A stretch of 58,995 nucleotides of DNA. Source: a virus. Its lineage: Duplodnaviria > Caudoviricetes. A program made the position numbers and the translations under genes. This document shows, piece after piece, positions 1 through 10,335 of this stretch; positions within the stretch are counted from its first letter, which is position 1; the number at the start of each line of letters is the position of its first letter. Below the pieces are notes generated by a model, which saw nothing but the letters and a program-made list of their open reading frames with translations, had not been told where the DNA came from and made no database searches. The stretch is from IMG/VR virus record IMGVR_UViG_3300012163_000002, positions 1-58,995 of that record; one strand, written 5' to 3'.

Positions 1-177
1 CCCCTGGCCCGTCCTCCCGCGCCAGAGCCCCGGCCGCCCCCTTCCACTCCCTGATCCGGCCGTCGGGCCCACAAGCGATCCTAGGCGGCCATCCAGCGCG
101 CCCGTGCCCGCCCCCCATCCGCCTCGCCCGCAGTGCGTCCCCTTGCCCTCGCGCGCCGCGCGTCGCATGTTGTGACG

Positions 178-795
178 GTGCCGGCACGTCTCACACCCGA
201 TCAGCGCCAGGAGCGAAAGGCCAAGCGTGCGCGGATCGCTCGCGAACGGCGAGCCTATCTGAAACTGGCGCGCGAAGATGCAAAGCAGGCGGTCAAGCGG
301 GCGGGAATCATTGCGAATGCGCGGCCTGGATCTCCGTTCTTGCCGACGCCCGAGGACCGCGCGCGCGTCGAGACGATGGCGGCGATGGGGATCCCGCACG
401 ACCAGATCGCGCTGCTCGTGATTCATCCCGGCAGCGCCGCGCCGATCAATACGAAGACGTTGCTCGAGCACTTCAGGCGCGAGCTCATGGACGGCGTCAC
501 GAAGGTGAACAGCAAGGTTGCGCAGTCGCTGTACGAACAGGCGACTGGCACGAACGGTGCCGTGCGCTCGACTGCCGCGGCGATCTTCTGGCTGCGCTCG
601 CGCGCGGGTTGGAAGGAAACCCAACACGTCGAGCTTGACGTCAAGTCGGGCGTGCTCGTCGCGCCCGCGAACATCTCGCCCGAGGCGTGGGTGAAGGCTG
701 CGCTTGCGGCGAATGCGGTGAAGAGCGAGCCAGGCAAGAAGGCGAGCGCGTTCGTGCACGTCGGCACGAACGAGAGAAGGAGCACGACTCAATGA
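178..795 (+). CDS. terS: Terminase small subunit
   Basis: HTH-like RARVETMAAMGIPHDQIA..TLLEHFRREL and AAAIFWLRSRAGWKE, typical of TerS. GTG 178 is preferred over 133 because TTGCCC-17-CATGTT lies just upstream. Confidence 0.8.
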   Translation: MPARLTPDQRQERKAKRARIARERRAYLKLAREDAKQAVKRAGIIANARPGSPFLPTPEDRARVETMAAMGIPHDQIALLVIHPGSAAPINTKTLLEHFRRELMDGVTKVNSKVAQSLYEQATGTNGAVRSTAAAIFWLRSRAGWKETQHVELDVKSGVLVAPANISPEAWVKAALAANAVKSEPGKKASAFVHVGTNERRSTTQ

Positions 796-992
796 AGATC
801 AAGCCCGCGCTGTGCTGGTGCGTGTACTGCGAAGATGAGCCGCTGATCTGCTCCTGCCGATGGAAGCGCGGGGATGCGCTGCAGGCGTTCCTTGACAGCG
901 GGCAGAAGTTTGGCAAGAACGTCAGCGTGCGCAGGGTCACGGTGCGTGTTGCGCCGAGGTCGAAGCGAAAGTCCAAGCGAGGTGTTCTATGA
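792..992 (+). CDS. Small Cys-rich basic hypothetical protein
   Basis: ATGA overlaps with both neighbours; 66 aa. Confidence 0.55.
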   Translation: MKIKPALCWCVYCEDEPLICSCRWKRGDALQAFLDSGQKFGKNVSVRRVTVRVAPRSKRKSKRGVL

Positions 993-2098
993 CCGCAGTC
1001 ACCCTTCAGCGTCCGCTGTTCCGTCGTGACTTTGGCCCGCTCAGCCTCGTGCTGCCCGAGGATCCCGATCCGCAGCCCGGTGTGGACTGGGATGCGCTGT
1101 GGGTGACCGGCCAGGGACACGAACACAACGATTGGCTGTGCCGACTGAATCCGATCCCGAGCGCGCCTGGTTGCATGCCGCACTCGTGGGGCTCGACGAA
1201 TCCCGCGGAGCAAGGCGGATCGGGTGTCGGGTTCGGCTACTCGCAGCCCGACCTGCAGGCCGTGCGCGTGTGGGCGAAGGCGATGGACAACACGCCGACC
1301 AAGCCGGACTGGGGCCATCTGCTGCGCCGACTCATGCCGTACATGGCCGGCTTCGAAATGACGCACGAGCCGTACTTCGCGCGCCAGATCGTGAAGTGCT
1401 CGGCGTACGTCGACGAGCTGTTCCCGCTCGACGGTCCGATCACGGAGGTGGTCAACGGCGCACTGTTCCCCTCGAGCCTCGCGAACCTGAAGGCGTACGC
1501 GCAGGCGCATCCGCACACGGGTCTGCCGAAGACGGACCTGCGCTGTCTCGGGCAGGCTGCCTACACGAAGGCGATGGAACACAAGTGCTCGCGCGTGCTC
1601 GGTGCGCCCGTGAACACTGCATGGATGGAGGCGCTCGTCGAGATCCTGACGCTCGTCGCGATCGAAGAGACGGGCCAGCTCTCGCGCGACACGGACGCGA
1701 ACATCGATCAGCCCGACATCGTGTACTCGTTCCACCAGGGGTTCGCGTTGATGGGTCTGCTCGCGTGCTGCAAGCGCCTGAACAAGCCCGTGCCGTCGTG
1801 CGCGGTCCAGTGGATGAACGCATTGGGTGCGTTGCCGAGCATGATCATCTACGGCCATCCGAGCGTGCCTGCGTTCACGTACTCGCAAGGCGGCCAGCTG
1901 CACTCGGCGACCGGCGCGCGCCAGGGCGGCGATCCCGGTTGCGGCTACTGGAGCGCCGTCTGCGTCGCGCTGCACAAGCTCCAGCCCAGCGCGTGCTGGC
2001 TCGAGCGCGCGAGCCAGTACGGCCCGCAGACTTGGGCGCCGGGTCAGGGCGAACAGTCGAGGCTCGACAGCATGCTCGTCCGCGGCGCGCGCATGTGA
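989..2098 (+). CDS. Hypothetical protein, 369 aa
   Basis: Long ORF with phage-like codon usage, coupled to neighbours; no family recognised. Confidence 0.8.
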   Translation: MTAVTLQRPLFRRDFGPLSLVLPEDPDPQPGVDWDALWVTGQGHEHNDWLCRLNPIPSAPGCMPHSWGSTNPAEQGGSGVGFGYSQPDLQAVRVWAKAMDNTPTKPDWGHLLRRLMPYMAGFEMTHEPYFARQIVKCSAYVDELFPLDGPITEVVNGALFPSSLANLKAYAQAHPHTGLPKTDLRCLGQAAYTKAMEHKCSRVLGAPVNTAWMEALVEILTLVAIEETGQLSRDTDANIDQPDIVYSFHQGFALMGLLACCKRLNKPVPSCAVQWMNALGALPSMIIYGHPSVPAFTYSQGGQLHSATGARQGGDPGCGYWSAVCVALHKLQPSACWLERASQYGPQTWAPGQGEQSRLDSMLVRGARM

Positions 2099-2262
2099 AC
2101 ACGCCCCTCGAGACCAGGCAGAAGGTCCGCATCGAGGCGCTCGAGACGAGGAACTCCGCGCTGCGCTTGCACATCGACAAGCTGGAAGAGGAGCTGCGCC
2201 AGGCCAAGGCGATGGTCAGCAAGCTGTTGCGCGAGCTGTCCAGGACGAGCGATCCAACGTGA
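2095..2262 (+). CDS. Small coiled-coil hypothetical protein
   Basis: GTGA overlaps on both sides; heptad-like IEALETRNSALRLHIDKLEEEL. Confidence 0.6.
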   Translation: MNTPLETRQKVRIEALETRNSALRLHIDKLEEELRQAKAMVSKLLRELSRTSDPT

Positions 2263-2738
2263 AGCCGCGCGACATCTTCCGCGAGTGGATGAAGGGCTGC
2301 GGCAACACGCGTTGCGGCCTTGCAGGTGGACCGTTGACGCCGTGGAAGTGCGACGAGTGCACGGCCGCGATGATGAGCGCGCTCGAGCGTGCGTTCGCTG
2401 CAGAAGAGCTGGACCAGCAGACGGCCGAGCTTGAGGCTGTGCCCGAGCCATCGACCGAGCCGGATGCGACGTCGATCATCCTAGAGCCCGTGCCGCGGCT
2501 CGAGTTCTCGGCCAAGGTGCGCGAGCTCGAGAACGCGGAGACCGCGAACACCGGCCTGCGCGTGCAGCTGCACATTACGCAGCAGATGCTGGCCGGAGCC
2601 AACGCGGCGATCACGCTGCTGGCGAAGGGCGCCGGCCAGACCAAGCTGCAGCACCTGCAGGAGCAGGCCCAGGCCGCGGCCGAGAATGCCAAGCTGCGCG
2701 CCGAGCTGGAAGACCTGAAGCGAAACGTGGCCGGCTAG
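2259..2738 (+). CDS. Hypothetical protein (Cys motif plus coiled coil)
   Basis: 159 aa, GC..C..CxxC N-terminus, coupled start. Confidence 0.7.
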   Translation: MKPRDIFREWMKGCGNTRCGLAGGPLTPWKCDECTAAMMSALERAFAAEELDQQTAELEAVPEPSTEPDATSIILEPVPRLEFSAKVRELENAETANTGLRVQLHITQQMLAGANAAITLLAKGAGQTKLQHLQEQAQAAAENAKLRAELEDLKRNVAG

Positions 2739-2767
2739 TTGGCATTTGCTCGATCGCTTGGCAGGCT
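2737..2767 (+). promoter_or_regulatory. Putative sigma70-type promoter containing a repeated 17-mer
   Basis: TTGGCA(2739)-17 nt-CAGGCT(2762); AGTTGGCATTTGCTCGA resembles sites at 34087, 47584 and 50540. Confidence 0.4.
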
Positions 2768-2776
2768 GTGCGCCCC

Positions 2777-3136
2777 ATGAGCATCAAGCCGCGCCGCAAC
2801 GACCTGTCCGAATTCGACAACCTGACCGCGACCGAGGCCCTGTACGCGTTCACGTCCTGGCTGTCGACGCGCGCGCAGCCGGTGACGATGAGCAAGGCGC
2901 ACGACTTCGGCGTTGTCGCTCGTCTCGTCGAGGACTTCGTCGTCGCGAACCGACTGGCGCCCGTGCGGAAGGACTGGGGCAAGCGTGACTACGTCGCTCC
3001 CTCTCGCTGTCGTGTGTGCGGCTGCACCGACTCGAAGGCGTGCGTCGACGAGAGCAAGCGTCTGCGCTGTTGCTGGGTCGAGCCCGACCTGTGCAGCGCG
3101 TGCGACAAGCGGCCGAAGATTGGGATGGCGAGCTGA
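2777..3136 (+). CDS. Hypothetical protein with C-terminal Zn-finger
   Basis: CRVCGCTDSKAC..CCWVEPDLCSAC, a common phage Cys-rich domain. Confidence 0.7.
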   Translation: MSIKPRRNDLSEFDNLTATEALYAFTSWLSTRAQPVTMSKAHDFGVVARLVEDFVVANRLAPVRKDWGKRDYVAPSRCRVCGCTDSKACVDESKRLRCCWVEPDLCSACDKRPKIGMAS

Positions 3137-3138
3137 CC

Positions 3139-3855
3139 ATGACGACTCACGACCTGAAGGTGTGGCCCGAGTTCTTCGGTCCGATCGAGCGCGGCGAGAA
3201 GTTGTTCGAGCTGCGTAGGGACGATCGCGACTTCAAGGTGGGCGACTGGCTGAAGCTGCGCGAGTGGAAGCCAGCGGACATTGAGGCCGCTCAGCCATCC
3301 TGCTACACGGGTGCGCGCGTGATGCGTCGCATCGCCTACGTGCTCGAGGCCGAGTCGACCGAGCGGTTGATCCATCGCTCTGACCTCCCGCTCGAGAAGG
3401 GCGCGCTGCTGCGCTCGGGCTATGTCCTGCTCGGTCTCGCGCCGCCGATTAGCGAGCTGCCGTGCAAGCTGCAGGGGCATCGGCTGTTCGTTGAGGGCGT
3501 CGATCCAGCGATCGCGCGCGTTGCCGGTGAGTACCTCATCGACCTGACCGCGTTCGTCAATCGCGTGAAGGCCGAGGCCGACGAGAACAGGCGCGCTGCA
3601 GCGCGGTGCATCACGATCGGCGATGCGAAGAATCAGATCGGGCTGGACGGCAAGCAAGTTCTCGACTTTGAGTTCAAGGTCAGCGAGGAGGATCGGCAGG
3701 CGATCGTGCTGGCGCTTGCCATGCTCGCGCGCGAGCGTCCCGGCTGGGAGCAGTACCTGAGCGGCATCGCAGCCGACAGGCTCGGTAGCGACTTGCTGTT
3801 CGGCAACGTGCTCGCGACCCTCAAGTCGACCGCAAAAATAGGAAGTGCGCCGTGA
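3139..3855 (+). CDS. DUF3850/ASCH-like domain protein
   Basis: N-terminal HDLKVWPEFFGPIERGEKLFELRRDDRDFKVGDWLKLREW matches the DUF3850 pattern. Confidence 0.8.
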   Translation: MTTHDLKVWPEFFGPIERGEKLFELRRDDRDFKVGDWLKLREWKPADIEAAQPSCYTGARVMRRIAYVLEAESTERLIHRSDLPLEKGALLRSGYVLLGLAPPISELPCKLQGHRLFVEGVDPAIARVAGEYLIDLTAFVNRVKAEADENRRAAARCITIGDAKNQIGLDGKQVLDFEFKVSEEDRQAIVLALAMLARERPGWEQYLSGIAADRLGSDLLFGNVLATLKSTAKIGSAP

Positions 3856-4793
3856 GGGTTGCCATCTGGCAGGACGGCAAGTGGGTCGAGATCGAGGTGC
3901 AGCACTTCGAGGAGTCAAAGCATTCGGGCGGGCGTGCGCTGTCGATCATCGGCACGCTCGAGCTGGCGCCGGTGGCGGCAGAGCCAGTGGTGTTAGTGGC
4001 TTCGCCGGCCGAGATCCTGACGCCGATGCCGGCCGTCATGCCCTCCCCTGCAGAGGAGAGGACAATCGAGAGCGGTCGCCGTGCGAATCGTGCACGTGCG
4101 CGCATGCGAGCTGCGACGTCCGTCGAGCCGATTGCGCCCGTGCCGCCGCTGCCCATCGATCCTCCCGAGCCGCAGGGCGGTCTCGACCAGTCGAATGAGC
4201 CGCCGGTCAACGAGACGAGCACGCCGCCGGCGCCGCCGACCTGGGGCGGACGCGATCCGAAAGACGTGGACGGTGAGACGAAAGCTCCCAAACGTGAGAC
4301 GGTGCGCTTCTTCACCGTCGAGCTGTTGGGCGGCAAGGTGATGACGAATCAGTGCACGGCCAAGGGTCGCTCTGTCGCTGAGGCCGAGGCGATCGTGCGT
4401 AGCACGTGGACGAAGCTGGGCAAGCCGGTGGGGAAGATCACCTATCAACCGAGTGGCCGCGTTGGCGAGGACACGCCCGTGGTGAAGGTGTCTGTCGCTG
4501 TCGACGAGGACGCCGAGCCCGAGCAGCCGACTGTGCCTGCGGTCGACGAGGGGCCGAGCGCCACGTTCTTTCGCTGGGACCGCGCGACCCTGGCCGAGTC
4601 GGTGAAGACGGCCGTTCCCTGCCACACGCTGTCGAAGCTGATCGAGATCCTGCGATCGCGCGAGGGGCTCGAGGCTGTGACCGCGGACGAAGTCAAGGTC
4701 GAGTTTTGGTCCTACGATGAGCGCATCGACTGGAACACCTACTCGGTGACCGCCTTCGGTTCGCTCGTGGGCTTGACGAACGGTCCGCTGTAG
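3852..4793 (+). CDS. Pro-rich hypothetical protein
   Basis: 313 aa, GTGA overlap, globular C-terminus (YDERIDWNTY). Confidence 0.75.
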   Translation: MRVAIWQDGKWVEIEVQHFEESKHSGGRALSIIGTLELAPVAAEPVVLVASPAEILTPMPAVMPSPAEERTIESGRRANRARARMRAATSVEPIAPVPPLPIDPPEPQGGLDQSNEPPVNETSTPPAPPTWGGRDPKDVDGETKAPKRETVRFFTVELLGGKVMTNQCTAKGRSVAEAEAIVRSTWTKLGKPVGKITYQPSGRVGEDTPVVKVSVAVDEDAEPEQPTVPAVDEGPSATFFRWDRATLAESVKTAVPCHTLSKLIEILRSREGLEAVTADEVKVEFWSYDERIDWNTYSVTAFGSLVGLTNGPL

Positions 4794-4802
4794 TCTCTCA
4801 GC

Positions 4803-6404
4803 ATGGCCGCCGCTTTCGAGCCCGCGATCGTCGCGGCTGAAGACGAGCAGCGCGCATTCGACGAGGCGCTCGCGCTCGCGCGCGTGGCGATTGTCTCTGG
4901 CCCGCCGACAGAACGCTACGTCGACGGCAAGCTCGTGAATTGGTGCCCGCAGCCGGGCAGCCAGGAAGAGTTCATGTCCTGCCCGTTGCCAGAGTGCCTG
5001 TATCACGGGACGCGCGGGCCGGGGAAGACGGACGCGCTCTTGATGTCTTTCGCTCAGTACACGGGCAGAGGCTGGGGCGCAGCGTGGCGCGGCATTCTGT
5101 TTCGCCAGACGTACCCGCAGCTCGCCGACGTCGTCGCGAAGAGCGAGCGATGGTTCCGCCTGATCTTCCCCTCGGCCATGTTCAATCGTCAGCGCATGGC
5201 TTGGGAGTGGCCGGGCGGTGAAGTGCTGTTCTTCCGGCACATGAAGCAGCACGAGGACTACTGGAAATATCACGGCCACGAGTACCCGTGGATCGGTTGG
5301 GAGGAGCTGACGAATTGGGCCGATGACGGCTGCTACAAGATGATGTTCAGCTGCAACCGCTCGAGCTCGTTGCCTGCCGAGGCGCCGCGCATGGTGCGCA
5401 GCACGACGAATCCGTACGGCGTCGGACACAACTGGGTGAAGGAACGCTTCCGCCTGTTCGGTGCGTGGTGGTCGACGATCGTCATTGCGGACAGCAAGAA
5501 CACGAAGGGTGAGCTCGAGCCGGTGCGCGTCGCGATCCACGGGCACATCGACGAGAACAAGATCCTGCTCGACTCTGACCCGAACTACAAAGCCAACATC
5601 GGCGCGGCCGCGCAGAACAGCGCGATGGCCGATGCGTGGCTGCAAGGCTCGTGGAACCTGATCGCCGGCGGCATGTTCAGCGACGTGTGGTCGCACGCGC
5701 ACAACGGCCTGCCGCGCTTCGAGGTGCCGGCGACGTGGCGCATCGACCGCTCGTTCGACTGGGGTAGCTCGCATCCGTTCTCTGTCGGCTGGTGGGCGCA
5801 GAGCGATGGCAGCGACCTGATCATGTCCGACGGCCGCTGCTACTCGACGGTGCGCGGCGACCTGATTCGCGTGAAGGAGTGGTATGGCTGGACCGGTCGA
5901 CCCAACGAGGGCGTGCGCATGCTTGCGAGCGAGATCGCCGAGGGCATCGTCGATCGCGAGATCCGATGGGGCTGGCGCGATACTGTGACCTGTCGCGTGA
6001 ATCCAGGCGTGGCCGACTCGGCGATTTTCAAAGTCGAGAACGGCAATTGCATTGCGACCGACTTCCAGCAGCCGGTGCGCATCGGCGGCCGTGTCTACTC
6101 TGGAGTGAGCTGGATCCCGTCCGACAAGTCGCCCGGCTCGCGCAAGAACGGCTGGGAGCTCATGCGCAAGATGCTGAAGGCCGCGCAGCCCAAGCTGGGC
6201 ACGCCGCGCGAGCGCCCTGGCCTCTTCGTGGTCGTGGAGGAATGCCCGCAGTGGATGCGCACCGTCCTGAGCCTGCCGCGCGACGAGCGGGACATGGACG
6301 ACGTCGACACGGCGGCCGAAGACCATGCCGGCGACGAGACGCGCTATCGCGTGCGGGCTACTGGAATGGGGGTTAGGCCGGGCAAGGTGGTCGGCACCTA
6401 CTGA
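4803..6404 (+). CDS. terL: Terminase large subunit
   Basis: PQPGSQ adenine motif, Walker A GTRGPGKT, Walker B IGWEEL, STTNP coupling motif, nuclease SFDWG and EDHAGDETRY. Confidence 0.95.
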   Translation: MAAAFEPAIVAAEDEQRAFDEALALARVAIVSGPPTERYVDGKLVNWCPQPGSQEEFMSCPLPECLYHGTRGPGKTDALLMSFAQYTGRGWGAAWRGILFRQTYPQLADVVAKSERWFRLIFPSAMFNRQRMAWEWPGGEVLFFRHMKQHEDYWKYHGHEYPWIGWEELTNWADDGCYKMMFSCNRSSSLPAEAPRMVRSTTNPYGVGHNWVKERFRLFGAWWSTIVIADSKNTKGELEPVRVAIHGHIDENKILLDSDPNYKANIGAAAQNSAMADAWLQGSWNLIAGGMFSDVWSHAHNGLPRFEVPATWRIDRSFDWGSSHPFSVGWWAQSDGSDLIMSDGRCYSTVRGDLIRVKEWYGWTGRPNEGVRMLASEIAEGIVDREIRWGWRDTVTCRVNPGVADSAIFKVENGNCIATDFQQPVRIGGRVYSGVSWIPSDKSPGSRKNGWELMRKMLKAAQPKLGTPRERPGLFVVVEECPQWMRTVLSLPRDERDMDDVDTAAEDHAGDETRYRVRATGMGVRPGKVVGTY

Positions 6405-6411
6405 AAGTTTC

Positions 6412-6441
6412 TTGGCGGCCGTGCCCTCGGTGCGCTAGCGT
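6412..6441 (+). promoter_or_regulatory. Putative promoter for portal (leaderless-type)
   Basis: TTGGCG-18-TAGCGT, ATG 8 nt downstream, no Shine-Dalgarno. Confidence 0.4.
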
Positions 6442-6449
6442 CCCAGTCC

Positions 6450-8027
6450 ATGAGCGTCGACGCCAAGCATCCTCTGTACGGGCAGTTCATCCTCGACTGG
6501 GAACAGATGCGCGACACGTTCAAGGGTCAGCGTGCGGTGAAGCAGAAGGGCACGCTGTACCTGCCGCCGACGTCGGGGATGCTGAAGGACGGAATGGCCT
6601 CGCCCGATGCGAAGGGCGCGCAGGCGTACTCGGCCTACGTGAAGCGCGCGGTCTATCCAGACATGGTCAAGGCCGCGGTCGAGTCCATGCTCGGCGTGAT
6701 GCACAGCAAGCCGCCGGTCATCGACCTGCCCGAGTCGATGGAGCCGCTGCGCGAGAAGTCGACGCTCAAGAACGAGAGCCTCGACATGCTGCTGCGCCGG
6801 ATCAATGAGGAGCAGCTGATCACGGGCCGCTTGGGCTTGCTGCTCGAGGTTCCGCCAGGCCAAGGCGCGACGTTGCCCTATGTCGCGATGTACCGCGCCG
6901 AGGACGTGATCAATTGGGACGAGGGCCAGAGCACGTCGGGCCAGCTCGAATCGCTCAACTTCGTGTCGCTGAACGAGAGCACGTTCCAGCGCCAGCCGCA
7001 GACGTTCGATTGGCTGTTCGTGAACAAGTATCGCGTGCTCGTGCTCGGCGACGTCGAGGCGAACGAGCCGCAGGGCGAGGGCGTGTATCGAGTCGGCGTG
7101 TTCACGGACAACGCCGATGCCAAGGCACAGGATCCGAACGCGTCGGCCACGCTCGAGTTCAACGAGGAGAAGCTGATCACGCCGGCGATCGCCGGCAGGA
7201 CGATGCCGCGCATCCCGTTCGTGTTCGTCAACGCGAAGGACATCGTCGCCGAGCCCGACGACGCACCGCTGCTCGGCCTGTCCAACCTGTCGCTGACGAT
7301 CTACCGCGGCGAGGCCGACTACCGGCAGGCGCTGTTCATGCAGGGACAGGACACGCTCGTCGTCATCGGCGCGCAGGTCGACAACTCGCCCGAGCATCGC
7401 ATCGGCACTGGCGCGTCGATCGATCTCCCGATCGGCGGCGATGCCAAGTTCATCGGCGTGGACTCGCAAGGCCTGAGCGAAATGCGCAGCGCGATCGAGA
7501 ACGATCACACGCGCGCTGGCAAGAAGGCCGGCGAAATGATCGACGAGACGTCGCGCAGCCGCGAGTCGGGCGAGGCGCTGAAGGTGCGCGTCGCTGCGCG
7601 CACGGCGACGTTGAACAGCGTCGCAACCTCCGGCGCGTTCGCGCTGCAGACACTCCTGCGCATGGCGGCCGAGTGGATGGGCGCGAACCCCGAGGACGTG
7701 AAGGTCACGCCGAATCTGGATTTCGTCGACGACCGCATGGAGGGCGCCGAGCTCGGCGCGTTCATGGGCGCGAAGACGATGGGCGCGCCGATTTCCATGC
7801 AGACGATCCACACGTTGATGCAGCAGCGCAACCTCACCGAGAACACGTGGGACGAGGAGCTGCAGCAGATCGAAGAGGAGCAGTCGATCGATTCGCTGCA
7901 GCCGATCGGCAGCACGGACCCCAACGGGCCCGAGGCCGATCCCAACGCGGACCCGAACGCCGATCCCAACGCGCAGCCCGGAGAGAAGCCGCCGGCGAAG
8001 CCTCCGTTCGGCGGCGCGAAGGCCTAG
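6450..8027 (+). CDS. Portal protein (DUF4055-type)
   Basis: 525 aa after terL; HPLY..W..MRD, YLPPTSGM, Y..Y..RA, IPFVFVN motifs. Confidence 0.9.
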   Translation: MSVDAKHPLYGQFILDWEQMRDTFKGQRAVKQKGTLYLPPTSGMLKDGMASPDAKGAQAYSAYVKRAVYPDMVKAAVESMLGVMHSKPPVIDLPESMEPLREKSTLKNESLDMLLRRINEEQLITGRLGLLLEVPPGQGATLPYVAMYRAEDVINWDEGQSTSGQLESLNFVSLNESTFQRQPQTFDWLFVNKYRVLVLGDVEANEPQGEGVYRVGVFTDNADAKAQDPNASATLEFNEEKLITPAIAGRTMPRIPFVFVNAKDIVAEPDDAPLLGLSNLSLTIYRGEADYRQALFMQGQDTLVVIGAQVDNSPEHRIGTGASIDLPIGGDAKFIGVDSQGLSEMRSAIENDHTRAGKKAGEMIDETSRSRESGEALKVRVAARTATLNSVATSGAFALQTLLRMAAEWMGANPEDVKVTPNLDFVDDRMEGAELGAFMGAKTMGAPISMQTIHTLMQQRNLTENTWDEELQQIEEEQSIDSLQPIGSTDPNGPEADPNADPNADPNAQPGEKPPAKPPFGGAKA

Positions 8028-8044
8028 AGCTGCGCGTGGGCTAG

Positions 8045-9256
8045 ATGGCCGACTCCTGGAATCAGCAGCTGTTCGACGCAATGGTGCGTCACCAGATCGG
8101 CGTGCTGCGTTTCACGGCCGGCGTGCGGCAGCGCATCTTCGAGATCCTCGACGCGACAGAGTCCGATATGCGCGCGCAGATCGCTGACCGACTGCGCCGC
8201 AACATCGGCCTGTCGCTGACCGACGCGAACCTGAACCGCACGTTGCGCCTGATCGAGAAGCTGCGCGAGACCAGGGTCGAGGCCTGGAAGGACGTCAACG
8301 CGGTGATGTTCGAGGAGCTGCGCGCGTATGCGCGCGCGGAGCCTGCCTTCCAGGTTCAGATTCTGGAGACGATCTTCCCAGTTGAGCTAGGGCTCGCGCT
8401 GCCCGAGGTGTCGCGCTTGGCTGCGATCGTCAATCAGGGTTCGTTCAACGGCGAGACGCTGCAGCAGTCGCTGAACAAGATGCGGGACGCCGACGTGCGG
8501 CGCATCGAGCAGTCGGTGCGCATGGGCATGGTCCAGGGCGAATCTATCCCCGACATCAGCCGGCGGATCGTCGGCACGGTCTCGCTGAAAGGGACAGACG
8601 GTGCGACTGAGATCACGCGCCGCAACGCCGCGGCGATCACGCGCACGATGGTGAACGGTGTCGGCGCCGAAGCGCGCCGCGAGTTCGCGCTGGCGAACGT
8701 AGACGTTGCGCCGCAGGAGATTTTCGTCGCGACGCTCGACTCGCGCACGACGCCTATCTGCCGCGCGCTGGACGGCAAGATTTATGACGTCGGCACGGGC
8801 CCGAAGCTGCCGCTGCACTACGGCGAGCGATCACTGTACGCGCCGATCGTCGACGGCGAGGTCATCGGCGATCGCCCCGTGCGAAACTTCACGCAGCAGC
8901 AGCTGGTGCGCGAGTACGCGGAGAAGAACGGCCTCGGCAAGATCACCGGCGCGGATCGCGACAACCTGCCGTTCGGCCACAAGGGTTCCTTCGACGACTT
9001 CGCGCGTGCGCGCATGCGCGAGCTGACAGGCGTCGTGCCGGCGAAGACAACGTACACGCAGTTCCTGCGTCGCCAGTCGGCGCAGTTCCAGAACGACATC
9101 CTCGGGCCGACTCGCGGGAAGCTCTTCCGCAGTGGGTCGCTCGAGCTGTCGAGCTTCGTCGACAAGGCGGGGAACGAGATCCCGCTGAGCGAGTTGGCGA
9201 AGTTCCACGCAGACGCGTTCACTGCCGCGGGGCTCGATCCTGCGGAGTTCAAGTGA
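8045..9256 (+). CDS. Minor head/head morphogenesis protein (SPP1 gp7/Mu F-like)
   Basis: VATLDSRTTPICRALDG..PLH motif; position after portal. Confidence 0.9.
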   Translation: MADSWNQQLFDAMVRHQIGVLRFTAGVRQRIFEILDATESDMRAQIADRLRRNIGLSLTDANLNRTLRLIEKLRETRVEAWKDVNAVMFEELRAYARAEPAFQVQILETIFPVELGLALPEVSRLAAIVNQGSFNGETLQQSLNKMRDADVRRIEQSVRMGMVQGESIPDISRRIVGTVSLKGTDGATEITRRNAAAITRTMVNGVGAEARREFALANVDVAPQEIFVATLDSRTTPICRALDGKIYDVGTGPKLPLHYGERSLYAPIVDGEVIGDRPVRNFTQQQLVREYAEKNGLGKITGADRDNLPFGHKGSFDDFARARMRELTGVVPAKTTYTQFLRRQSAQFQNDILGPTRGKLFRSGSLELSSFVDKAGNEIPLSELAKFHADAFTAAGLDPAEFK

Positions 9257-9303
9257 GCGCACACTTCAACCCCTGACCGATCGACCGACCAAAGGAAACG
9301 ACC

Positions 9304-10146
9304 ATGCCCAATCTGAAGGACGTCCACGACAAGCTCGACGAGATCCCCGAACCGTTCCGCGAGCTGTACACCGAGAAAGCCGGCAAGTACGAGCTGACAG
9401 GCATCGCCGGCGTGAAGACGAGCGCCGATGTCGCGCGCATCAACGTCTCACTCGAGAAGGAACGCACCGAGCACGCCGCGACGAAGGCGAAGCTCGGCGC
9501 GTGGGGTGACCTGAAGCACGAGGAGGTCATCGCGAAGATGGATCGAATCGAAGAGCTCGAAGCCGCGGCCGGCAACAAGCTGGACGCGTCAAAGCTCGAG
9601 GAGCTGGCGAACAAGCGCGCCGACGGCATCGTCAAGACGCGCGTCGCTCCGCTCGAGCGTCAGCTGAAGGCGCTCGAGAAGGAGAAGAACGAGCTGCTCG
9701 AGTCGAACACGAAGCTGTCGAGCAAGGAACGCACGCGCAACCGCGAGGACGTGCTGCGCCCGCTGCTGATCGAAGCGAAGATCCTGCCCGAGCATCACGA
9801 GGACGTGATGATGTACGCCGAGCGCCACCTCGAGCTGACCGACGACGGGAAGTGGATCGCGAAGGAAGGCTTGAGTGGCGTGACTGCGGGCTCGCTGCCG
9901 AAGGACTGGCTCGTCGAGCTGGTCGAGAAGCGTCCCGGTTGGCTGCCCGGCTCGACCGGCGGCGGTGCGCGCGGGTCTGGCGGCGGCGTCGGATTCATCG
10001 GCGGACCGAACCCCTGGTCTCGCGAGGGCTGGAACATGACCGCGCAGGGTTCGTACCTGAAGCAGCACGGCCAGGAGAAGGCCGAACAAGCCGCAAAGTC
10101 CGCAGGGACCAAGCTCGGCGGCCCGATGCCCGCTGCCAAGAAGTAG
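9304..10146 (+). CDS. Capsid scaffolding protein
   Basis: Charged coiled coil, Gly-rich linker, NPW..WNMT.Q C-terminus; SD AAAGGA; precedes the capsid gene. Confidence 0.85.
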   Translation: MPNLKDVHDKLDEIPEPFRELYTEKAGKYELTGIAGVKTSADVARINVSLEKERTEHAATKAKLGAWGDLKHEEVIAKMDRIEELEAAAGNKLDASKLEELANKRADGIVKTRVAPLERQLKALEKEKNELLESNTKLSSKERTRNREDVLRPLLIEAKILPEHHEDVMMYAERHLELTDDGKWIAKEGLSGVTAGSLPKDWLVELVEKRPGWLPGSTGGGARGSGGGVGFIGGPNPWSREGWNMTAQGSYLKQHGQEKAEQAAKSAGTKLGGPMPAAKK

Positions 10147-10194
10147 CCAGCCAGCCGAAAAGTTCTTGACGGCAGGCGCGGTGCAGCGCCAAGT

Positions 10195-10335
10195 TTCGGG
10201 AGTCGCAGGGGCGTGATGCCGCCGGCGGCTCCCGAAGCGCAGGGGTCAGAAGCTCGGCATGGACGAGCGGAAGAGTGCGCCCCAGGCAAGCCGGCGCATG
10301 GTCGCAGACTTCGCGGGTTACTCCTCGAAGGCCTG
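10195..10335 (+). promoter_or_regulatory. Structured leader / candidate ncRNA upstream of major capsid gene
   Basis: Three nested stem-loops; upstream TTGACG(10166)-18-CAAGTT. Confidence 0.45.

Noticed and set aside
7934-7973. 12-nt tandem repeat encoding ADPN x3 in the portal tail
   Set aside because: Short low-complexity protein tail, not an array.
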